This document shows, piece after piece, positions 56,555-64,000 of a stretch of DNA of 64,000 nt. Made by a program: the position numbers and the translations under genes. A model generated the notes under the pieces. The model did not search any database. It was not told where the DNA came from and saw only the letters and a program-made list of their open reading frames with translations. Each line of letters begins with the position of its first letter. Position 1 is the first letter of the stretch. The stretch comes from Candidatus Poriferihabitaceae bacterium (GTDB taxonomy: Bacteria; Pseudomonadota; Gammaproteobacteria; Arenicellales; Poriferihabitantaceae), in assembly GCA_965226545.1 (NCBI GenBank), contig OZ245364.1, forward strand, positions 1,835,890 to 1,899,889, written 5' to 3'.

Positions 56555-58072
56555 TCAATCGCGTCCGTATTTATTAAAGTGCGCGCCAAACAATTCATCC
56601 TCGCTCGGTTTATCCTCGTCGACCGTGCGCACCAAATGCGTGATGTTGATGAAGTGGCGATAATTTAAATTTTCGCTGATGCTGTTGCCGCCCCAAGTGC
56701 CGCAGCCCATGCTTAAGGTGAAATTAAGCGCATTGTTAAAACTGCCGCCGTTGCCGAAAGTGTGCGCCTGATTAACCAACACCCGCACAACATCGACGCG
56801 CGCCGCCAATTGCGCCGCGTGGTTTTGCGTTTGCGTGTGAATGCCGCATGAATGCCCGCGCCCGCACACCGCCAGCACCGCATTGACCAACTGCACCGCA
56901 TCGTCAAAATTCGCGGCGCGATACACGGTCAACATCGGCGAGAGTTTTTCATCGGCAAACTTCGATTGCGCATCGAATGAATCCTCTTCGACCAAAATAA
57001 ACTTGGCGCGCGCCGCCTCATCGCTCAAGCCGATTTGCGCGGCGATAACCGCGACATCCTTGGCGATGAGGTCGCGGTTGAGTTTGCCGTCTTGCCACAA
57101 CTGTGCGGCGATTTTTTGCTTTTCAGCCGCGCTTGCCAAATGCGCGCCGACGCCGCGCAAGGCGGCCATCGCATCGTCATACACTTCATCCAACACAATC
57201 AGCGCGTTTTCAGAGGAACACGAAGTCGCGTTGTCGAACGTTTTCGATGCGCAAATTTTTTGCGCGGCATCGTGCACATCGGCATCGGCGTCAATTATCA
57301 CCGGCACATTGCCGGCGCCGACGCCGATGCATGGCGTGCCGCTTTGGTACGCCGCGCGCACATTGTTTTGCGAACCGGTCGCAATCACCAAATCGGCGCG
57401 GCGCATTAATTCGCGCGTCAATTCGCGGGTAATCGGGCGCGGCAAAATCTGCACCAAATCGCGCGGCGCATCGATGCGCGCCAACGCCTCGCGCATCAAT
57501 GCAACCGTCGCCTCGGTGCATGACCAACCGCTCGGCGACGGCGCAAGGATGACGGCGTTGGCGCCCTTGATTGCCATCATGGTTTTATTGACCGGGGTTG
57601 CAGCCGGATTGGTCGATGGCGTAATCGCGCCGACCACGCCGACCGGTTTGGCATAGCGCACCAAGCCGCGTTCGGGCGAATCTTCAATCACGCCGACGGT
57701 GTTGGCGCGCGCCAAATCGCGCAACGCGCCGAAGGTCTTGCGTTGGTTTTTAATGATCTTGTCGGCGACATTGCCGATGCCGGTGTCGCGCACCGCCAAC
57801 TCGGCCAAGGCGCGCGCGTTTTGCGGTTTATACAACGACCAGGCAATCGCCGTAACCAATTCATCGATGCGCGCCTGCGGTTCGCCGGCAATCAATTGCA
57901 TCGCCGCGCGCGCGCGCGTCATTAACGCATCGATGGTTTGCGCTTCATCGAGTTTCGCTTCATCGATTTGCGTCGCATCGACTTGCGATGCATCGACACT
58001 CGATTCGCTTGCGCGCATCGATGCTTGGGATTGCGATTTTGTCATTGTGTTATGCTCAGCGGTCAGTTGCAC
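56555..58072 (-). CDS. CoA-acylating aldehyde dehydrogenase family protein (EutE/AdhE-N-like)
   Basis: ...ITPSTNPAATPVNKTMMAIK..., catalytic Cys context FDNATSCSSENALIV. Low-complexity N-terminus, so the start is uncertain. Confidence 0.7.
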   Translation of the reverse strand: MQLTAEHNTMTKSQSQASMRASESSVDASQVDATQIDEAKLDEAQTIDALMTRARAAMQLIAGEPQARIDELVTAIAWSLYKPQNARALAELAVRDTGIGNVADKIIKNQRKTFGALRDLARANTVGVIEDSPERGLVRYAKPVGVVGAITPSTNPAATPVNKTMMAIKGANAVILAPSPSGWSCTEATVALMREALARIDAPRDLVQILPRPITRELTRELMRRADLVIATGSQNNVRAAYQSGTPCIGVGAGNVPVIIDADADVHDAAQKICASKTFDNATSCSSENALIVLDEVYDDAMAALRGVGAHLASAAEKQKIAAQLWQDGKLNRDLIAKDVAVIAAQIGLSDEAARAKFILVEEDSFDAQSKFADEKLSPMLTVYRAANFDDAVQLVNAVLAVCGRGHSCGIHTQTQNHAAQLAARVDVVRVLVNQAHTFGNGGSFNNALNFTLSMGCGTWGGNSISENLNYRHFINITHLVRTVDEDKPSEDELFGAHFNKYGRD

Positions 58073-58472
58073 AAACGCCGCACATCAATACGCTTCGATG
58101 CGGCGCGATAATCTCTGCCATTTCACTTCCCATCAAACATTGCCCATCAAGTGCGGCAATGCGGTCATTTAATACTGTGTACTTTAATACTGTTACTTCG
58201 ACATAGTCACTGTATTAATCACAGTCGCCATATTTCACAGTCACTATATTAATGATGTTAACTATTAACGATTAACGATATTAATATAATGATATTAATC
58301 ATATTAATAATGTTAACGATATTAATGCAAGCGCGATTAATAATGTCACGCATAACCTCACGCACAACCTCACACACATTGCGCCGTTTCATAATACGCA
58401 TTGCCCGACCTGCATGCAACCAACACCGCGCACCGACGGCATTGTTCATTAACTTCCTCCGACGCTAAACCA

Positions 58473-59228
58473 ATGGCAGGCGATTTGTCAGCGTTGACTT
58501 TATTGTGGTGCACCTTCGCGCTGTTTTGCGGCGGCGTCATTAAAGGCGCGTTAGGCGTCGGCACGCCGCTGTTGACCGTGCCGTTGATGGCGTTGGTGCT
58601 GCCGCCGCAAATCGCGATAGCGGTGATGTCGCTGCCGTCGGTGTCCGCCAACTTTTGGCAGATGTTGCAGGCGCCGAAGGTCGATAACGTGCTGGCGCGA
58701 TTTTGGCCGACATTTGTTGCGGTGCTGCTCGGCGGCGCGGTTGGCGTGGCGTTGTTCACCCGATTGGACGACACCGCCCTGCTGATTTTTGTCGGTTGCG
58801 CGGTGATGCTGTTCGCCCTGCTCGAAGGCGCCAACCGCCGCCTGCGCATCCCACCGCGCCGCGAAAAGCCGGCCGGCTTTTGTTTTGGCTTGGTCAGCGG
58901 CGTCATCGGCGGCGTCTCCTCCTTTTTTGGCCCGATGCTCATCGCCTATTTGGTGTCGATGCCGGCGGTGCGCAAGGAACAATTCATCGGCGCCATCAGT
59001 TTCCTTTATTTAAGCGGGCTGGTGCCGTGGACGATTGCATTGTATTGGGTCGGCGCATTGCGCGGCGCGGTGTTGTGGTATTCATGCGCCGCGATTGTGC
59101 CGGTGTTGTTGGGCGCGGCGTGCGGACGGCGGCTGCGTCGCCACATTGCCGAAGCGCTTTTTCGCCGATTGATTTTGTTAATTCTATTGCTGTCCGGCGG
59201 CGCAATTTTATGGCATGCATTGCGATAA
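58473..59228 (+). CDS. TauE/SafE (TSUP) family anion exporter
   Basis: MAGDLSALTLLWCTFALFCGGVIKGALGVGTPLLTVPLMA... Repeated 4-TM halves. Confidence 0.7.
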   Translation: MAGDLSALTLLWCTFALFCGGVIKGALGVGTPLLTVPLMALVLPPQIAIAVMSLPSVSANFWQMLQAPKVDNVLARFWPTFVAVLLGGAVGVALFTRLDDTALLIFVGCAVMLFALLEGANRRLRIPPRREKPAGFCFGLVSGVIGGVSSFFGPMLIAYLVSMPAVRKEQFIGAISFLYLSGLVPWTIALYWVGALRGAVLWYSCAAIVPVLLGAACGRRLRRHIAEALFRRLILLILLLSGGAILWHALR

Positions 59229-59592
59229 TCGCATCGCCGTCGATGCCGCCATCGATGCATGTACGGTGAATGCGACGATGAATGCATGAGGTGGAATCGA
59301 TGAAGGCGCGGCGAATTCGCAAGCGCGTCGATTAATAATGATTAAACGCTCATCCAAAACCGATAAAATTCTCATCAATTTCATTGCACTTTTTTGCAAA
59401 AAACCCGTGCATAAATTGTGTACACTAAATTTTCAATCCGCTAACAGCGGTTTGCTCATGCGAGTTCTTAATCGCGCGTGTGCGGTGAAGTTGATGTCGA
59501 AGTTGATGTCATTGGGTTGCCGCAACAAACAACCCAAGCGCGCGCGCATTTTGAACTCATTACTCCATCCATTATCAAACATGGGGGTAACA

Positions 59593-60645
59593 ATGAAAGC
59601 ACTGCAACTGTGGTATCGCAATATTCGACGCGGTTTGGCGTTGGGCGGATGTGCATTGACGGCGACCTTGTTGTCGGCCAATGTCGCTTACGCCGCCTGC
59701 GTAACCGATTCACTTCCGTCCAGCCGACAAGGCCCGGACGGTTATCCGCAACGCGCCTTGACCATGATTGTGCCGTATGGTCCGGCCGGCGGTTCCGGGC
59801 AGGTCGCCCAGGCAATGGCGCAGGCGGTCTCCGACCTCAGCGGCGTCGCCATCAATCGCGACCATAAACCGGGCGGCTCGGGCTCGGTTGGCTTGACCGC
59901 CTATATGGCGGCGCCGGCCGACGGCTACACCGTGTTGGAACACATCGACGACGCCTCGAGCGCCTATGCATTGGATTCTTCGCGGCCGAATCCGGCGAAG
60001 GATTTAATCCCGTTGGTGACTTCGCAAATCACCTTCAGCCAGATTTACATTCGCGCCAATGAAACCCGCTTTAACGATTGGGATTCATTTGTGCGATGGG
60101 TCAAGGCGCAAAACGGCAAGGCGACCATCGCCAACGTTTCCAAAGAAGGCTCGATGGAACGCGTGTCGATGAAGTTCATCACCGACGCCACCGGAATGAA
60201 AATTCAGCAAATTTCATTCGACAAAGGCGCGCCGCGTTATGGCGCATTGGCCGGCGGGCAGGTCGACGCGTTGTTCGAACAGCCCGGCGATGTGCGCAAA
60301 TTTTTGGATTCCGGCACATTCAAACCGATTCTCACGTTGCTCAAAGAGGCGCCTTCGGCGTTTGCCGATGTGCCGAGTTTGACCGACGTTGGTTTGAAAT
60401 TCGACCCGCTGTATCGCTTTCGCGGATTCTTCGTGCATAAAGCCGCGCCCAAAGCCCGCGTTAAATGGCTGCAGTGGGCGTTCCAAAAAGCGTACTGTCA
60501 AGACAGTTATCAAAAGTTCAACGAAAAGAAATACATGACGTTGATTGACAGTTATCGCGACACCAAAGGTACGCGCAAGTTGATTAACAACACGGTGGCG
60601 CAATACCGCAAGGTGTACAAGCAAATGGGGCTTGATGTGAAATAA
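59593..60645 (+). CDS. tctC: Tripartite tricarboxylate transporter substrate-binding protein (TctC/Bug family)
   Basis: Signal peptide ...LLSANVAYA, then ...YPQRALTMIVPYGPAGGSGQVA... ATG at 59593 after GGGGG. Confidence 0.8.
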   Translation: MKALQLWYRNIRRGLALGGCALTATLLSANVAYAACVTDSLPSSRQGPDGYPQRALTMIVPYGPAGGSGQVAQAMAQAVSDLSGVAINRDHKPGGSGSVGLTAYMAAPADGYTVLEHIDDASSAYALDSSRPNPAKDLIPLVTSQITFSQIYIRANETRFNDWDSFVRWVKAQNGKATIANVSKEGSMERVSMKFITDATGMKIQQISFDKGAPRYGALAGGQVDALFEQPGDVRKFLDSGTFKPILTLLKEAPSAFADVPSLTDVGLKFDPLYRFRGFFVHKAAPKARVKWLQWAFQKAYCQDSYQKFNEKKYMTLIDSYRDTKGTRKLINNTVAQYRKVYKQMGLDVK

Positions 60646-60659
60646 GCCGTCACGGCACG

Positions 60660-60702
60660 GCGCACGCCGCTCAGATAGGCGGTGCGCGTCGCGCTTTTTT
60701 TT
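60660..60702 (+). terminator. Possible intrinsic terminator/attenuator after tctC
   Basis: gcgcacgcc...ggcggtgcgc stem (one bulge), followed within ~7 nt by T8 (60695..60702). Confidence 0.4.
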
Positions 60703-60745
60703 GCGCGGTTGGCGCAATCAATCGGATTCACCCGGAGACTGAATA

Positions 60746-61423
60746 ATGAAACCACCCGGCCGCACCACCGCCGGACACGCCATCGAAGCCGCGTTGTGGC
60801 TGTTGCTGGCGGCGTTTTTGTATGCGCTTTCGTTTCGCTTCGAACGCGAGATTGAGATTTACAAATACGGCGCGACCGCCTGGCCGCGCGCGATTTTGTT
60901 GCTGATTGCAATCGCCGCCGTCGGTCAATTCATTTATCACCGCCAAACAGATGCGGACGATGCGCCCGATGCGCACACCGGCGGATTCGACCCGCGCCGA
61001 TTCTTTTCCACCTGCATCTTGCTGGCGTTGCCGTTTATCTACATGGTGTTGCCGCGCCTGTTGGCTGCGCCGTTCGGCGACGATGCGCCGTTGAATGCGA
61101 TTAAACTCGGCGCGGCGGCAACGTTGATTTTGTTGTATCTTTGGTTGTTGCGCACCAATGCGGTCGGGGCGATGTTGGCGTTGCCGATTTTATTCGGCGC
61201 ATTGATGCAGGATTTTGGCTTTTATTCGCTCGCACCGTTTTTTGCGGCCGGCGTAATGTTCCTAATGGGCGAACGCCGCGTCGGCTGGATTGTCGCGCTC
61301 AGCGCGCTGATAATCGGTTTGCTGCTGTTGTTGTTTGTCAGTTTGCTGTTTGTCGGCTTGCCCACCGGCAATGTCAGCCCGTTTTACGAAATCGGCGCGG
61401 GGGTGGTGAATTTGTTGCAGTGA
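60746..61423 (+). CDS. tctB: TctB-like small membrane subunit
   Basis: Hydrophobic multi-TM protein between tctC and tctA. The assignment rests on position. Confidence 0.5.
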   Translation: MKPPGRTTAGHAIEAALWLLLAAFLYALSFRFEREIEIYKYGATAWPRAILLLIAIAAVGQFIYHRQTDADDAPDAHTGGFDPRRFFSTCILLALPFIYMVLPRLLAAPFGDDAPLNAIKLGAAATLILLYLWLLRTNAVGAMLALPILFGALMQDFGFYSLAPFFAAGVMFLMGERRVGWIVALSALIIGLLLLLFVSLLFVGLPTGNVSPFYEIGAGVVNLLQ

Positions 61424-61684
61424 CTTCGAGTTCGAAGTTAACTTCGGTTTCGACTTCGAATTTAACTTCGACTTCGACTTTGACTTTGTTTTTTACTGTT
61501 ACTTTTCACTGTTACTTTTTACCGTTACTTTCGACTTTGACTTTTTCGACTCATTATGATTATTAAGTTAACTTAGTTAAGTTAATTTTTTAAGTTACCT
61601 TTATTAAGTTACTTTATTCATTTACATTTTTCATTCGCGTATCAACCAACCTCAACAACCAACCTTTACTCAACGGTATCTGCG
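61424..61684. repeat. Long low-complexity spacer between tctB and tctA
   Basis: cttcgagttcgaagttaacttcggtttcgacttcgaatttaacttcgacttcgactttgactttg...ttactgttacttttcactgttacttttt...aagttaacttagttaagttaa. Confidence 0.9.
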
Positions 61685-63196
61685 GTGGAAACTTTCGGCA
61701 ATTTTATGGCGGGCACGCTGGCGTTGTTCAGCGACCCGGTGGGCGTCTTGATTTTTATCGGCGGCGTTGTCGGCGGGATGTTGTTCGGCGCGATTCCCGG
61801 GGTCAGCATGCTGACCTTGGCCGCGATTTTGTTGCCGTTCACCGCGCATCTATCGGCCGAGCACGGCATTATGTTGTTCTCGGTGATTTACTGCACCGGC
61901 GTATACGGCGGCGCGATTACCGCGATTTTGTTCAACATTCCCGGCGCGCCGGAAAACGCCCCGACCGCATTCGACGGCTATCCAATGACGCGCAACGGCC
62001 AAGCCGGCAAGGCGGTTGGCGCGGCGGTGATGTGTTCGGCGATTGGCGGCTGCATCTCGGCGGTGGTGATGATGGCCGCGACCGCGCCGATTGCATCCTG
62101 GGCAATTTCGGCGTTTGGCCCGCCGGAGATTTTTGCGTTGGTGTTTTTCGGCTTGGCTGTCGCCTCCTCGGTCGGCGCGAAAACATTTTGGAAAGGTTGG
62201 CTGTCGATTCTCGCCGGCTTATTAATCGCCGTGGTCGGGCTGGATCCGGTCGGCGGCATCGCGCGCTATGATTTCAGCATGCCGTATTTGCTCGCCGGCA
62301 TTCATTTCATCCCGATGATTCTCGGCTTCTTTGCGGTGTCGGAGATTTTCATTCAAGCCGAACACAAAGCCAAAGGTTCCTACAAGGCGCCGAAGATGAG
62401 CGTCAACTTCCCGACGCTGGCTGAATTAATCGCGCATAAAATCGCAATTGTGCGGTCGATACTCATCGGATTTTTTTGCGGCATCCTGCCGGGCATCGGC
62501 GCCACCTTGGCCGCGTTTATGGGCTACAACGAAGCGGTGCGCTGGTCGCCGCGCCGCAGTGAATTCGGGCGCGGCAAACTGGAGGGCGTCATCGCTTCGG
62601 AAACCGCCAACAACGCCGCCACCGGCGCGGCGATGATTCCGCTGCTTGCGCTTGGATTGCCCGGCGGAGCGTTGACCGCAATGATGGTCGGCGTGTTTCA
62701 AATGCACGACATGGAGCCGGGGCCGCTGGTGTTTCTCAACAGCGCCGATTTGGTTTGGGTGGTGTTCGCCGCGATGTTTTTCGCCAACCTGTCGATTCTG
62801 TTCATCGGCTATCTCGAAACCAAAACCATCATCAACCTGTTGCGCATTCCGTTTCAATTTTTGGCGCCGTTGATTTTATTGCTGGCCACGGTCGGCGCCT
62901 ATGCGGTGCGCGGGTTGACGATTGATGTAATCGCAATGTTTGTCGCCGGCGTCGCCGGGTTTTTCCTGCGGCGTTCGGGCTATTCGGTCGCCGGCATCGT
63001 GCTCGGGTTAATCCTCGGCAAAATCGGCGAACAAACTTTCGCCCAAGCGATGCAGATGTTGCATTTCGAATGGAGCGGATTTATGCACCGCCCGATTGCA
63101 TTGGTGTTGTTGGTCGCCGGCTTTTTAACGTTGCTGGCGAGCGTATATCGCGCCTTTTTTAAAAAATCTCCGAAGCAACGGGTTTTCGCCGAGTGA
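61685..63196 (+). CDS. tctA: Tripartite tricarboxylate transporter permease TctA
   Basis: GTG start; METFGNFMAGTLALFSDP...GAIPGVS... Large polytopic TctA-type protein. Confidence 0.85.
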   Translation: METFGNFMAGTLALFSDPVGVLIFIGGVVGGMLFGAIPGVSMLTLAAILLPFTAHLSAEHGIMLFSVIYCTGVYGGAITAILFNIPGAPENAPTAFDGYPMTRNGQAGKAVGAAVMCSAIGGCISAVVMMAATAPIASWAISAFGPPEIFALVFFGLAVASSVGAKTFWKGWLSILAGLLIAVVGLDPVGGIARYDFSMPYLLAGIHFIPMILGFFAVSEIFIQAEHKAKGSYKAPKMSVNFPTLAELIAHKIAIVRSILIGFFCGILPGIGATLAAFMGYNEAVRWSPRRSEFGRGKLEGVIASETANNAATGAAMIPLLALGLPGGALTAMMVGVFQMHDMEPGPLVFLNSADLVWVVFAAMFFANLSILFIGYLETKTIINLLRIPFQFLAPLILLLATVGAYAVRGLTIDVIAMFVAGVAGFFLRRSGYSVAGIVLGLILGKIGEQTFAQAMQMLHFEWSGFMHRPIALVLLVAGFLTLLASVYRAFFKKSPKQRVFAE

Positions 63197-63398
63197 CGCT
63201 TCGAGTTAATGTCGAGTTGGTTTCCATTTAATTAATTTAATTACTTTAATTAATTAAATGATTGTGCAACCTCGAATTAGTTAAGTTGAGTTGAGTTAAC
63301 TTAACTTAACTCACTTAACTTCACGCCGCCAATTGCACAAACGCATGCCGCAAGTTAAGTTAATTCACTATTAACACTTCACCCGCCGATTAATCCCC

Positions 63399-64000
63399 GT
63401 GTTTGCCGAATCATTGCTCAGCGAAATCCGCGCGCGGTTTTGCCATGTCGAGCGTTGCCCATATCAGGGCGCGCGGGTGTTTTTTGAAAACGCCGGCGGT
63501 TCGTTGACATTAAAATCAGTGGTCGACATCAGCGCGCAACTCGCCGCCATCCCCGACAACCAAGGGCGCGACAATCCGGCGTCACAACACATGGGCGAAT
63601 TAATTGCGCGCGGGCGGCGCGATATGTTTGCGTTCTTAAACGCATCCGACGGCGCGGTGTTTGTCGGCGAAAGCGGCACCGAATGTTTGTTCCGCATCAT
63701 TCGCGCGGCAACGCTCGCCGCCGCGCCCGGCGGCAATGTCGTCGGCAGCACCTTGGAACACCCGGCAACCGCCAGCGCGGCGCAACAATGGAGCGCGCAC
63801 GCCGGCAAAACCTACACCGCCATCGCGCACAACCCCGAACAAGGCGCGGTCGATATCGACGCCTATCGCAGCAAAGTCAACGCCGATACCCGCGTCGCCA
63901 CCATCATCCAAACCAGCCCGGTCACCGGCATCGCGGTCGATGTCGGCGCGATTGCTTTGATGATTCGCGAGATTGCGCCGGCCTGCTTCATCATCGTCGA
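63399..64000 (+). CDS. Class V aminotransferase / cysteine-desulfurase-like protein, 5' part (3' end outside window)
   Basis: Not in the ORF track because no stop is reached. The frame opening at the GTG at 63399 reads FAESLLSEIRARF...VFFENAGGSLTLKSV...VFVGESGTECLFRIIRAA...STLEHPATASAA...TRVATIIQTSPVTGIAVDV... Confidence 0.6.
   Translation, partial: MFAESLLSEIRARFCHVERCPYQGARVFFENAGGSLTLKSVVDISAQLAAIPDNQGRDNPASQHMGELIARGRRDMFAFLNASDGAVFVGESGTECLFRIIRAATLAAAPGGNVVGSTLEHPATASAAQQWSAHAGKTYTAIAHNPEQGAVDIDAYRSKVNADTRVATIIQTSPVTGIAVDVGAIALMIREIAPACFIIV

Overview
This 64-kb chromosomal window comes from a high-GC genome. Its gene order looks gammaproteobacterial (inferred from synteny, not from any search). 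Most of it is housekeeping sequence in two long minus-strand blocks. The first is holB-tmk-mltG-fabF-acpP-fabG-fabH-plsX-rpmF. The second is thrS-infC-rpmI-rplT-[2 RDD genes]-pheS-pheT-ihfA-merR-like. The window also holds gltX, fabI, rsmE, orn, queG (partial), aroG-type DAHP synthase, sat, trxB, fumC, a tctCBA transporter and four tRNAs (Glu, Ala, Pro, Val). I saw no rRNA, CRISPR array, transposase, integrase or prophage. Seven things stand out. (1) A low-GC beta-class DNA methyltransferase fused to a C-terminal HNH nuclease sits where yceD normally lies upstream of rpmF. It is preceded by a promoter-like site and a ~150-200 nt leader with mutually exclusive 14-15 bp pairings, one of which covers the SD-like GAGG. 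I consider this a riboswitch-like element of unassigned class and the best candidate for something new. (2) Four paralogous lipoproteins with a subtilisin (S8) domain and an autotransporter-like C-terminus lie around fumC. They have hypervariable low-complexity linkers and mosaic identical tracts. (3) A dsrEFHCMK module lacks dsrAB, dsrL and dsrJOP. (4) A tandemly duplicated 66-codon gene cassette with its own promoter is followed by a membrane protein. (5) An orphan PD-(D/E)xK-like gene is present. (6) A truncated second methyltransferase is present. (7) Nearly every intergenic spacer, including spacers inside operons, is filled with locally distinct short-period A/T-rich repeats, often containing GTTAAC. 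Related repeats are inserted in frame into essential genes such as pheT and plsX. All calls rest on reading the translations and sequence by eye. No database search, folding program or statistics were run.
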